Below are positions 11,719-24,157 of a stretch of 64,000 bases of DNA, piece by piece. The stretch is from Macrostomum hystrix (Eukaryota > Animalia > Platyhelminthes), in contig CATNEN010000029.1 of the NCBI GenBank assembly GCA_950097015.1, forward strand, positions 7,936,001-8,000,000, given 5' to 3'. Within the stretch, counting starts at the first letter, position 1; each line of letters starts with the position of its first letter. A model generated the notes under the pieces. It ran no database searches, was not told the DNA's origin, and worked only from the letters and a program-made list of their open reading frames with translations. The position numbers were made by a program, and so were the translations under genes.

Positions 11719-12460
11719 AGTACTGTTGACCTAGAAAACCTAAAATTGGTGGTCGACAACACCAAGTACAGTTGACCTAAGAAACCAAGAATTGGTGGTC
11801 GACAACACCGAGTGCAGTTGACCTGAGAAACCGAGAATTGGTGGTCGACAACACCAAGTACAGTTGACCTGAGAAACCAAGAATTGGTGGTTGACAACAC
11901 CAAGTACAGTTGACCTGAGAAACCAAGAATTGGTGGTCGACAACACCAAGTACAGTTGACCTGAGAAACCAAGAATTGGTGGCCGACAACACCAAGTACA
12001 GTTGACCTAAGAAACCAAGAATTGGTGGTCGACAACACCAAGTACAGTTGACCTGAGAAACCAAGAATTGGTGGCCGACAACACCAAGTACAGTTGACCT
12101 GAGAAACCAAGAATTGGTGGTCGACAACACCAAGTACAGTTGACCTAAGAAACCAAGAATTGGTGGTCGACAACACCAAGTACAGTTGACCTGAGAAACC
12201 GAGAATTGGTGGTCGACAACACCAAGTACAGTTGACCTGAGAAACCGAGAATTGGTGGTCGACAACACCAAGTACAGTTGACCTGAGAAACCGAGAATTG
12301 GTGGTTGACAACACCAAGTACAGTTGACCTGAGAAACCAAGAATTGGTGGTTGACAACACCAAGTACAGTTGACCTGAGAAACCGAGAATTGGTGGTCGA
12401 CAACACCAAGTACAGTTGACCTGAGAAACTAAGAATTGGTGGTTGACAACATTAAGTACT
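11719..12460. repeat. 46-bp minisatellite in innexin A intron 1
   Basis: gtacagttgacctgagaaaccaagaattggtggtcgacaacaccaa, about 16 contiguous copies, no spacers. Confidence 0.95.
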
Positions 12461-13525
12461 GCTGGCGTTGTCTAAAGCACCAATGCCAATGCCCGAAGCA
12501 CCAAGAACTGGCGGATTTCAAGGACAAACAAAGTACAAAGGCTAAATTTGGCTTGCCAACAGCCACCTTGTCAGACTGTTTCCTATTCCACTGTAACAAC
12601 TCTCCTATCCCAGTATTCTTGGAGGAAGCTTGAGCAGATGAGAGCTAGTGAATGAGTGATTGGGTGAGCGAGTGAGCGAGTGAGTAGTAGAAGCTCAAAA
12701 GAAAGGGGCGCCTAAATAATTCACAAGTAAATTTTTTGTTCAGACGGAAAGCACTGTCGATCCTGTGCAGTTGCTCCGCTTGTAAATGGCTGTTGTTGGG
12801 CACGTTGAGTTAAGGACCAGAAATATGTGGGACCGGGGAGAAAGAGAGTGAGAGAATGGGAGAGAAAGGGGAGCGGCGAAGAGGAAGGACTGCTAAGTGG
12901 GCGAGGAATCGGTTGATGAAACTATTATTGATCAGAGACTAGACGCGTGTGGTCGGTGCCCACTCCAGACTCAGCTAGCCTATAATGCGAGGACGATGAG
13001 CTATTCACTAAGGGACAGCCGGATGAAGACCAAGGCCTCAACAACGATGGTGTAGGCAGAGTGCTCGGGGTTAGTGGTGGGGAGATTCTCAACCTAGACG
13101 GTGGTCTAGCAGGGTTCTCATTTCTATGCTCATCTGCTTATTATCGCGTCTCCGCACAGATAGGCGCCTGTATAATTTAGGCCTCATCTATTTCCGTCTG
13201 GTTTGCAATCCAGCACGGTCCTGTCCCTTACCTAACATTATTTCTATCTAACTAGCATTCCAAAAATATTTAAAATCTGCTAGCCTATACTAGTCACCTG
13301 GTTCCCCAAAACCTTACTCAAATATGATCCTCATTATCAGAGTCTCGAACGCAAATATCGCGTCACGCAAGTGTACAAGTACACGTAAAACATTTTTACA
13401 TAGAAAAATTACCATCCATTTTACAGATGGGATTTTAGAATCGTGTAGAAGTCCAAGTTGGAAAATAATACTTCAAAGTGTGCACGCGCTGTAGCAATAT
13501 TTGTGCGGCCCGGATGAAAACTTAC

Positions 13526-13584
13526 ATGATCCCTCAGAATACGAAATTGAGAGTTGGTGGGGACTATTGAAAGTGTTTCCGCAA
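13526..13584 (-). CDS. Candidate 59-nt exon inside innexin A intron 1 (CGNTFNSPHQLSISYSEGS)
   Basis: Very strong acceptor cttcatctctttccatttctttttcattttacag| and consensus donor CAT|gtaagt. Confidence 0.55.
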
Positions 13585-16500
13585 CTGTAAAATGAAAAAG
13601 AAATGGAAAGAGATGAAGATCTGGAAGCTGCGGGTACACGGAGGGAAGCTGGGGAGCCGGCTGTGGGAGAATACAAGCGGGATGGGGAGCCCATGGCAAA
13701 CACGGTTAGTAACGAAGTCCCGGGATCAATTTTGGCTCAGCATCCCGTGAAGCGTTCTCGATGCCTGCAGTAACAGCCGCAGCATTTGCCACACTCTCAG
13801 AACAGAACATGCTTCATTTCGAGTGTTGGCGAGGGATAGCTGCAGCAACTGCCGCCTCAGCAGACACAGACGGCCTTCCCAATTCCCACCATTTACCCCC
13901 TCCTGACACCCACCCCCAGTCCGAAGCAGCTGCAGCGAAGTTTGAAATTGGTCATAGTGACTGACAGTGTCAGGAGAGCTGTTTGGAAAGGGAAAGTGGG
14001 ATACAGGAGTGGGTCGGCACTCCCCGACTCCGTACCGTATGCTGCTTCGGATTTTTATTCGTCTCTCAGCTGGCTCCGGACTGGCTCACTTTCCCCACTC
14101 GCCCTTCTCTCTACGTCCCTTATCGCTTGCTCATATCTCGGCCTCAGTCACTTCTGTCTGGCTGTATCACGATTCCCGTTGTCGGGGCTTTTGGCGAACT
14201 CAAAACCGAAAGCGCAAGTGCGAATAGAACACACTTTGACTGTAGCTTTGCCTGCATTGAGACTGCGACCATCAGATTGCAGGAAAACTGAACACGCCAT
14301 TGGATGGAATCTCTGTCCCTAGGTCATAAAAGAGGACTTTCTACTATGGGGATTTTGGCGACACGCTTACGTCTGAGACAGACAGGCGAACAGAAACTTT
14401 CGCATATCTAAAAACTATGGATTTTTTATCCACAATCAGGTGAAGCCATGGCAGGCAGAGAGAGAGAGAATTGCGACGGCTGTTACGCCTAATAGAATGC
14501 GAACTGAGCGACTGTGTGTATGTGTTCAGCGAAAATGCCTTCTGTGCAGCTGGTTGCACCTTCTGGTTGCCGTGCGCTTACCCCTGACCCGGGGAAGATC
14601 CGGCTCTGTCTCCGTGACGGTAGATGAAAATCGGGGATCGAGATGGGCGAACTAGGGAGACACAAAACTCGACTGTACTTTATTGGACTTAGTTCCGAAC
14701 CCCCTGTTCGGATTCTTCCTCGACTTGTGTTGCCATCCGCGGCCTCGTGGACGGGGTAGAAGGTTTAGTGTGGAAGTGGGGATTCTAAAACCAACGGGGC
14801 ATGACAGGCTGCGAGGAGGCAGAGGGACAGTCTGGGAGAGAGTGGAAAAGAGATACGGAGCCATGGAATATCTCCTAGCAGCTTCGTCTTACAACCCTGT
14901 CGTTTTCGACCCCAATCCCGGTCGCATTCCGCTCTCCGTCTCTCTCCTCCCCTACCAGGAGGAGAACGGGAGCAGCGAAAAACCTCTTTTTTGGGATGTC
15001 GGGTTGAGGTGAGGGAGGCATTGCTGCTCCTGTCTTTCACTCGGCAGAGTGGAAATTGATAGCAATAAGAGTCAAAGGCGAAGGAGCTGGAGAGAAACGT
15101 GGAGTTCAGTACAGAAGCAGCTGCTGCAGCTTTGAGGCAGCGCCGGAGTGATTGAGCCACACCCATCCCAGTCGACCGCAGCGGCACACATAGTCCTCAC
15201 ATAGCATTTTCTTCCCGCAGCAGAGTTACTTCATTCTTCTGGCTAAGAAATACCAAAATAGAAGAGCTAGGCCAGGACCAGATATTCCAGACATGGGGAG
15301 AAGAGCTGGCCTGCCCCCTCCCGGGTGGCGGTGATGGTGGTGGCTGGTGGACAGCGGTCTCTGTAGCCGACGCCAGGAAAGCCAGACTATTTTCGAAGGG
15401 GGGCATTCGCTGGTCAGCCGGCACGCAAGCATTTACGAACACACTCTGCCCTCTGTCCCACACACCAGGAAGGTTTACAAAAACCTTCAGAGGTGCCCTG
15501 GCTAGTCCAACCCTTCAGTCTGCTTTCTCTTCTTTGCTTTCCCGCCTCTCTCTACCCGTGTCTTCCTCTTTCTGCCACTCTCCCGAGTGTTCCTGTTTCA
15601 ATTTCCCTCTGATTCTGAGGATCCTCCTCCACCCGCCTCCCGGTTTCCTTGGCTGGCCTAGGTTCCCCTCCGCAACCCTGCCCCTCCCCCCCGAGTGTTG
15701 ATGCACGCGACCGGCGCCTTCTGGCAGCGGGATTTCTATGCCTCTCTTTAAAGGAAATCTCTGCTGTGAGAATGCCGGAGAATAAAAGAAAATGATGGCT
15801 GACCGCTGCTTCTCAGCATTGGCAAAGGTTTGGGTTAATACAAATACGATTTCTGTCTGTCCAGGCCAGGGATTAGCAAATTATATGGGACCGGGCTAGG
15901 CCTAATGACGGCTGAGACGGGGAGCGACTGAGGAAGAGCTAGATGAGGCGCTGATGGGGGATCAGAGAAGCGGGCTTCTTCCCAGCCCGGACCGTCGCTA
16001 TTTAAGCTTGATTCGATTCGTCGATCCTCTGAGGGTTTAGCGGCGGGGTTGGGTAAATTTTGGAATCCTAGGACCGACTGAGAGTTTCTCAATCACCCAA
16101 AACCCGTCTGCCAGAGCCTCGAAACCGTGTACGCCCTCTCTCTTCTTTGGCTTTCTTCTCTATCTGATGGCGAGTCCCTAGTAGTTTCTCTGCTTAACTA
16201 ACAGGATTAAACCCTTGACCTCGCTCCTCCGTGCCGACAAGTCTTACTCTTAACTACTTCCGATCCGAAAGCAAGACCCGGGCTGAGAACAGAATTAGAA
16301 ACTGAAGCATCGAGTAGGCGAGTGGGTCCGTTACGCAATCGGAGGCTGCACGGAGGTAATATCGATTTTTTCGCTATTACGGTTCTGAAAGAATCCTGGT
16401 GTATTGCGGCACTTGATTGGTTTGATTTGAAGTGAGCGAGAAAAAACTGCAGTTGCTCTCTATAGCCCGTTGCATATCATTTAAACAAGTGGAAAAACTA

Positions 16501-16682
16501 TTTTCGACTGACTGTTTTTTTCCTGATGCCCAGTGAAGTATAAATTTCGGGTGGTTTACGTATGCGAAGAAAAATCAAATGCCGAGAGGTATTGGGTTCA
16601 GAGAGAGAGACTGGATAGCCAAACGACAAAATGGCCGTTCACAGAGGGCGCCCTGCCAGGTGAATAAGCCCGTGAAACTCAC

Positions 16683-16693
16683 TTGTCTAAATA
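16683..16693 (-). CDS. Candidate 11-nt microexon TATTTAGACAA inside innexin A intron 1
   Basis: Acceptor ttttctgtcag| and donor CAA|gtgagt only 11 nt apart. Its length supplies exactly the phase shift needed by the exon chain. Confidence 0.35.
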
Positions 16694-17074
16694 CTGACAG
16701 AAAATTTTCCTCATAGAATTGCATTGTGGAGAGCAGCGTAGCAGCGTAGCGCTGTGCAGTGCTACAGCCAGTGTTCTGTGCTTGAAAGCAAAAAACTAGG
16801 AAGAGAGAGGGAGTGAGAAACAGAGCAAAGCATTTTCTGGGGCTTGGTCCAAAATAGATTTTCAGCTAGTACACACAAACGCACAGTATGACGTATAGCC
16901 AGTGTGAGTCACCTAAATATGGACTTCAGGATTTGGTCTTTGGATTTCAAATACCCAGAATGTATATAATTCTTTATCTTCTAAAATATTAAACCAATCA
17001 CCATGAAAATCCAGAACACGGGCTAGTAGTTGGTATTTGAACTACCCCCCTGTGGTCTTTCCCCATGGGGAACA

Positions 17075-17192
17075 ATCCCTGGGTGAGTGTGGCGTCCCCC
17101 CAGTCCATGGACAGAACGGCCCTACGCAGCCTTCGGATGCGACGCGCAATAGCTGCTTCGAAGTTTCAAACGATTATTGCTATTATTATTGT
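17075..17192 (+). mobile_element. 3' fragment of SINE family 2 near the start of innexin A intron 1
   Basis: gtgtggcgtcccccagtccatggacagaac...cgcagccttcggatgcg matches 52824-52880; ATT-rich tail. Confidence 0.7.
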
Positions 17193-17273
17193 TAATTTTG
17201 CTTTTTGCCAGGGACCCGTTAAAATGGAAAAACGATCGCTTAACATTTGGGAGCAAATGTTAGCTGAACCTAC

Positions 17274-17424
17274 CGACATACTGCCGCAGACCAATGACCG
17301 CGATGAACATGATCATGAGACCTCCTGTGAACTGGTAGTTCAGCTGATCGATGAAATCTACTCCATGACCACCGTATGGGGTTTTGAAGATGCGGCCAAG
17401 TTTCAGCACGAATCCGGCGTCCAT
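17274..17424 (-). CDS. inx: Innexin A, coding exon 1 (MDAGFVLKLGRIFKTPYGGHGVDFIDQLNYQFTGGLMIMFIAVIGLRQYV-G); not in the supplied ORF track
   Basis: Manual minus-strand translation gives the innexin N-terminal/TM1 signature DxxDxLNYxxT...RQYVG. ATG at 17424 with an in-frame TAA 6 codons upstream. Phase-1 donor G|gtaggt at 17273 is compatible with exon 2 (G|GC AAG CCG = GKP). Confidence 0.93.
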
Positions 17425-20400
17425 GACTCCGACGCTCGCTTAGCCCGGCCGGACGGCAGTTGGTGTGGGGAGAATTGTAGTTGGGGAGCGCGGCACAGTT
17501 CGGGAATCGTCAGCAGGGTCCAGCCATGCTTGGCCGCGACTCAAGCCTCGCTACTGTTGTTGTACAATTGAAGAGCCTCCGTAGCGCGAATTCGAAATCG
17601 ACGAATTCGAAACCAGCCGATGAAGAAGGGGAAGAATACGAGTGGGAGTGACGGGCGCGCCTGAAGTGCCTCAGCGTCCTCCAATCAATGGCGCCACCAA
17701 TGCTCGACCTGGCGGCGGTGAACGCCTGGCTTTCACTGGGACAGCCTGCGCATGACCGGCAGCCTGTTGGGCACGTTATTTTTCTCCTTCGCCTCCTATT
17801 TTCCTCTCTCGCTCTCCTTCGCTATCCGCTTTCGCCGGTGTCCAGCCTTGGCTTTTTTGGCCAACAAATGCTTCTTTTTGGTATCGCTGAAGATGCGCAG
17901 CCCTCTCTTGGATGTCGGAAAGCTCCCCCAATGGCATAGGCAGATTGCGGGGAAAGGAAGGCGACTGGGGAGGAGACTGCCCACTGTGTGCGTGTGTGTG
18001 TAGATGGAGGAGGGTGGGCTGCCTCCAATGCCGGAGCAAGTAGGGGTAGATAGGGGTTGGGAAGGAAAGCGGCGAGGGGTGGACTGGGAGACGGTCGACC
18101 CAGAGGATATACTTAGCATTTTCTCCAGCGGACCGTTCTGCTCTTCTCTCTCAGCTGGCGCTCCCCCTGCCGCCGCTGCCGGTCCTACTCCGTTTGCAGG
18201 TACCGGCAGAACACATTGGCTATGTTCCCTTCTCAGCTCATGCGAAACAGCAGCCAATCCCAGCCCCTGCTGCGGAGTTCTCTCGCCCTCTTCTCTAACC
18301 CTGGCGCCAGTGCCCGGCCTCACATTCTTTTCAGCAGCCACCCGGCTCTCAGCTCAATCCGGAAAGGAAAAAGACAGGCAGTGTGCGGGGAGGCCCGACG
18401 AATATTCCCCTTCTGGTCTGGGGTAGATTGAAATGGCGCGGGGTAGGGGAAGATTGAGAGGAGGTAGGCAGAAATGGAAGCGATTCGGGGGCGATGGAGT
18501 GAGCGCGCTGGGCGCTGGCTTCAGATTCCCCATTCAACTCTCGCTTTCTGTACCAGTCCGGCTGTACCCAGGGCAACCCGGCGAGCCAGCCTCGGTCGGT
18601 CGGTGCCGAGGGAGGGAGGGACGCTCCAGGGAAAGAGAGATGAGGAACGGAGCCAGCTGAACAATCTGTCCTCTGGGTAACCATACAGACTCGCCTGCTG
18701 CCACTACTCCATCTCTCCCCCTCTGCCTCACCGGGTGGCTCTCTCTGGTAAGCTCTGGCAACTCGAGCGTGCGAAGGAGGAGAGTGTATCGGGGATTTGG
18801 GCGCTTGCAGGACGAGAGGAGAAAGTGATTGGGAAGGGAGCTGAGAGGTTTCCCAAGCATCCTTGTGCTGGTTCCATGCAGTCAATCCAATGCTTGGCAA
18901 TAATTTGTTTCGGCTTTTAGCTCGTATTTCGATTCTGCGATTCTCAAATTTTGGCACAGCACAGAGCTGCCTATTGTGCTTATACAAATTGTAGTTGTGG
19001 CTCTATCTGCACCTGCATCTGTAATCTAGCTTGCCTGTGTTACCAAAGAAAGGATTTTTCTCATGCTCATTTTTCATTCGTGTTAGTGAATGGATGGGCA
19101 TGTTTTTAATCCCTAAATAGCCGTTTCTTTTCATTTCCTGATAGTCGAGAAAACTTTTCGTGCGTCCATTTTTCGAAGCATTAGCCAAGGACTAAACTTC
19201 CATTAGTCTTCTCTTACAGCTGGCCCATTTGCAGATAGCGACTTAAAAGACACTCGTGCTAAAGCCCTGGCGGGTGCGGGCAATGAAAATCACATTTCCC
19301 ACACCGAACAGCCAGACGGTGTCGGGTGGGCTGAGCTGAGCTTGCTAAGAAAGATTAAGAGGCTTAAGTAATATCTTCCTGGCTAAGCCAATGCCTTTAC
19401 TCAAAGCGAATCTGCGTCAGAGCAATCTGTGAGCTGCCCTAGCTGCGGCTCGGAATTCTCTAGAATTATTGTGATTATCTCGGAATTCCGGTGCAGCAAT
19501 TTATTAATCGGCGGCACCCCAGCTCCCTATCAGGACAGACTGCGCCAGTAATTAACTCAAGAAACTTTCGACTTGTCCCAGTCCAAGCGGGAATAAGTCG
19601 CTGGTCTTTGCTCCTGCTTATGGTGCTTCTCACAGTACAGAAGAAGTAGTAGTTGCTTGAGCGTGCTTAAATATTAGAAGTGCACATTTTTGTCATGAGG
19701 CCAATCTTGTTGAACAATACTCACGTGTAGCTGTTCAGTTTTCAATTACCTTCAAACTACTCTACAGCTTCGCTTGCTCGGACTCGTCCCTCGGGGCGGG
19801 GGGTGGTTGGAGCCGGAATGACGGAAGAGGCCTGGAAACAAGATAGAGTGAATGAGAGCGAGGCGCAGGCAGATATAGTGCATAATTAATTTGCAGCGAA
19901 CTGTGCAACCAAACTGCCATCCGGGGCAGCACCAGCACCTCAGACGCTGCACGCCAGTTGCCATCCATAATGCATGCCTCCGATCTTGCGACCCCGCGGA
20001 AGAATGCCTTCATTGCTTTCCTAATATCTCATCCCAATCTGCACGGCGCGTCTTATCGCCCTCCCACCCCGTCAACCCGACTAACCCGCCTACAGCTTCT
20101 AGTCCTAAAGACCAGCACAGCGTCTCAACAGTCGCGGGAGGGTTTAGTGGGGCCATTTGCGCATTAGACAGGAGTTTAGCCCATATATAAGCGATGGGGT
20201 CGCTTAAGTAAATGACGCTGCGAACCTAGGCGGCTGGAAACAACGGATAAGCCGCCGCCGCATCCTCCTCCCACACACTGCAACCTGGCGAGGTCCGAGG
20301 CGCTAAAGCCTACCTAACCCGACCCCGTGTCCGCCACTGTCAAAACCTAAACTCGAACAGAAGGAAGGAAGGGGCGAATGAGAATCTGATAAGAGGCGGC

Positions 20401-23400
20401 TCAGGATGCACCGGCTAAAAACTCGCGCGCATTATTGGGTGACTCGATGGAACAGGCCCGCGAGATGCTGGCGGCGAGAGAAAATTTATGGGATAATTTT
20501 AGTTGTTAACAGGACGAGAAGGGGAGTGAAGTTGTGAGCCTCGGTAACTCCTCTCAGGCAAGTTGGAGAATCCCTTGGGGAATTATTATGTCAATAACTT
20601 CCCGACTGAAATTATCCCTCACTGGCGACCGTTTCCCTCGCTCATCCCCACCTCCTCCCAGAGGGAGATGGAGAAAATTCGGACTAAATTGGAGTAGGAT
20701 TGGAAGACCAGCAGTTCTCGCTCATCCCGCTGGCCGGCAGTCGCCTGCTGGGACTTCGATAGCGAGGGATGTCAGAACTCTGGTAGTTACCAGGCCCGGG
20801 TGTTGGGTAGAGTGGCCCGAGGCGCTCCCAAGTCCGCCGCCCCCGTTCCCTGTTCCTCCTGCTTCACTCTTGGAAATCTGATTTCTGCTCTCCAACTGCT
20901 AGCCGATCCTCCCGGGGGGGGAACCGCAGCGTTGATGGCGGAAGGCGAGGTCCGCCTCACGGCTCCGGTTGTCGACGGCATGGGAACAAATTAGCCAAAT
21001 CCTCCTCTTCCCTATTCTGTGGGCGAGTCCGCCTGTAGCAGCAGGTTCCTCTCGTGTTTCCAAGCCGATTCATTCCTCGCGGCCTTCCGTCCAACCGCTC
21101 TTGAAGGCAGTCGCTGCAGTCCACTTAAGCCAAGGATCTTCCTGGGTCACTTCTCCAACTTCCTCTAACTCTATTCTGCCTAAAATGCAATCTACAGTGA
21201 ACGATCTGCAGTCCTGCGGCCCCCGCACTGTCTGTCTGGCTGGCTAGCCGAGTTAACAAAAAGATACCTTGACGATTTTTTCTAGCTTTTCGTGCGACAG
21301 CTAGAACATAGACAGGTCTCGCACCGGACTGCTAAAGCGTATTGACAGTTTCCCTTCCGCCACCAAAATCAGCCCCATTGCCCGGTTGTAGTGTCAACTC
21401 AGGACAGGCCTTTCTGGGGGACTAGTCGTATATACTATAGCAGAGAGGACCTCCTCACTCCACTCACTCAGAACGCCCATGCGGCCGGCCCACTCAGCCC
21501 TGCCGATCTAAAAATAGACCTGGTGGCCAACACACCCAGCCGCCGCACACCGGCTACAGTGGCCAAGTAGAAAGAAACGGCATGCACTTTTAAATGCGAG
21601 CTGGGAAGAGCACTGGCCACAATAGAGAATATAAGAGAGGAAGAGGTAAAGAGAAGAGAGGGGGATTGGGTGGGTAGGGAGAGTACCGGGGCCGTCTTGA
21701 GTTGAGATGAGACCTCTCAAATTTTTTTCCGCATTGATCCAACCACTTGTCTTTGCCAAGCCTTCATGCAGACCCGCCTACCAAACAACATTCTCTCCCC
21801 GCATTCCCTTTGGCTCCACATTTCGGCCCTCTGCTCTCCACTTTTCTGCAGCCTTCGAGCCGACAAACTTTCTACCGATATGAGAAGAAATAATAAATTC
21901 AGCATTGGAATTCAATACCTACTGAGGCAACATATGCCAAGCAACAATGACAGCCCTGGTAGGCGGGTTTTCTGAAAATTCACACTCAACCGGCATCTAG
22001 TTGGGTGAGGTGGATGCATTTGCTGAGCAGATATTTTGCTTGGCTAATATGCAGCTAATAGTTTCTGTTTGCCCTGGCTACCACTCCGAAGCTAAGAGTG
22101 GACAACTACTGAGCACTATGGCACATCCCAGATTCAGCATCACCTCAACCTACCCCCCTCACAGCCCCCCTCACAGCACCCGTTATATACTGGCAACGTG
22201 GTGCACGGAGGCTTTGGAGAAGGCAAAATTGATGGCCCGGAAAGAGGTGAAGAAGAAGCGAGCAAGGGTAGAGAGTCTCCTGGAGCTGGCCCTCCTTCGT
22301 TTGGATCGACAGTCAGGCTCATTAATTATTTATGAGAGCCCATGAGCGCGCCAAAATTACCTTGGCAGTTTTTTCGGCCCATTTCTCACGCACACATGCG
22401 CTCCTCTTCCCTTCATTGGTTGGGAATACACTCCCGAACCAGCCGCTCCCTCAATCACTTTGGATGCATTCGCCTTTTATTGATGTGCTCAAAGCTCCCC
22501 ATCGTTTTCTGGTGCTCAACAAGAAAAAAATACTGACTTTCTTGACAAGGTGAGTGAAGTCGGAGCAATGAGGGACAACCAGAGCTCTCCTGGGTGTACT
22601 ATTACCGGAGGGAATCTGTTGCAAGCTTTGGTCCGAGCTGCACTCGAAAACTCTCATCCCCGATTCGGAAGTTAGAAGAACATTCAGCAAAGAGGCCGGG
22701 CATTCACAGCCTGAGTGCAATTTAGTCCAGTCAGAGCAGGTCTGGCAACTGGTCCATGCTCAGGAGCGCCCAGGCTTTCGAGTCGCGTGCACTACAGGCT
22801 CAAACAATTTTTCTGGCTGCTCGTGTCCTTGAACTGGATTAAGGCACTAGGTCTCATGCTCCCTAAAATTCAGTTCGGGAGCACCTGCTGGTTTGAGCTT
22901 GGAATTGTGTTTCTGGATCGCTAACCAGCTGTAAATTGTAGGTGGCAGCATTAGCTTTTCTAGAATAGTTCATGGGCTTGGCAACCACTTATCTATGAAC
23001 TAAAAACTGCTTGATTTGCTTCTGATTTGGCGACCGAAAAGGCAGATGGAATCTGCATTCACATTTAGGAAAAATCGGTTAGGTTTCTGTGCCTCGAGTC
23101 AATTTGTTTAATTTGCTTGTTTATCGCACACGTTTGCGACATTGTTTCCGGAATGTCTTCATCAAAAACATCCCAGATTTCTGCTTTAAAGTAGCAGAGC
23201 ATTGTAACTGAGCCCCTACTTTAATTAATTCGGCCCGAGAAGAGAAGTGCTACAAGCTAGTTTATTAGGCCGAATCGAACGGACCCACTTAGATAGAAAT
23301 AAAGGAGCTGGAGTCAACAAAGCCTCCCCAGCTTCATCCGAGATCCACTCCTCTACCAGTAATGAAACTGAATGACGACGCAAATATTTTTTGACAACCT

Positions 23401-23974
23401 CGCAGCGAAGAGAATGGGACTCGCAGCGCCTATATATTTCAACTAGTGAAAGTGCCTAGCTGTAGTCCTTTCCTTTCCGTGTTGCCCCTTGCCCTGGGAA
23501 GGGAGAAATAACAGGACGTCCGCTGTCACTTCTTGTAGCAGCTGACTGTGTCACACGGAAGCGATGGGCCTACATCTTCTTCATAATTACTAGTGAAGCA
23601 ATTCGATGCACTTACACTTCTCCATCGAGGGGATTCTACAGGCCCCGACTGTCGGTGAAACTGCCTGACTGACAGCTTTCCATTTTTTATTCTAAGCCGC
23701 TTGCTCGACTAAGTCTCTTAGATAGTTTTGACAAGTTAAAAGAATCCCACTTTCCCATGTCAAGATGCTAGCCCGTCACTAGAAGTCCAAAGGACAAACT
23801 TTCAAGGCGTTTTTTATGCGCGAAATAGTATTTGCAAAACTCCCTTTTCAAAAACTGTATGCGGTCTGACCCGAATGTCGACAATATTCTAACTGCTCTA
23901 CTTACAGCAGGCAATCGTGAGAATAGGGAAGTTTTGAAGCTAAGAGGTAGACGAAAATTAGAACAATAAATTAC

Positions 23975-24136
23975 CTGCTCATTTTCCAGATAATTTTCGA
24001 CGTAACTTCCAATGACTTGACAGTCGTGTAACTCGGCAGATTCTTGTTGCAAGTGAGTAAGTATGGAGCTACCGTTGCGAAGGCTGCTGCCGCGCCATGT
24101 CTTCTTTGTAGAGGTTTCCTTAGCAACAGTTGCCAT
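23975..24136 (-). CDS. Candidate first coding exon (MATVAKETSTKKTWRGSSLRNGSSILTHLQQESAELHDCQVIGSYVENYLENEQ)
   Basis: Part of ORF 23768..24211, ending at a phase-0 donor CAG|gtaatt (23974). In-frame ATGs at 24136 and 24184. Overlaps the X-box cluster. Confidence 0.4.
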
Positions 24137-24157
24137 AGTAACAGTCGTCTTAGCAAC
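24114..24157. promoter_or_regulatory. Three tandem RFX X-box motifs
   Basis: GTTTCCTTAGCAAC (24114), GTTGCCATAGTAAC (24129) and GTCGTCTTAGCAAC (24144), each matching RTHNYYWTRRNRAC, with exact 15-bp spacing. Confidence 0.6.

Noticed and set aside
11719-12460. 46-bp repeat with internal dyad (ggtggtcgacaacacc) as a CRISPR array; long ORFs 11595-12409
   Set aside because: Units are contiguous with no unique spacers, the context is eukaryotic with no cas genes, and the ORFs are three-frame cycling artefacts of the repeat.
17065-17571. 168-aa plus-strand ORF
   Set aside because: It is the antisense shadow of innexin A exon 1 fused to a SINE fragment.
18349-18987. 212-aa minus-strand ORF and other 100-160-aa ORFs in 13.7-26 kb
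   Set aside because: No recognisable domain, low-complexity composition, and no consistent splice signals.
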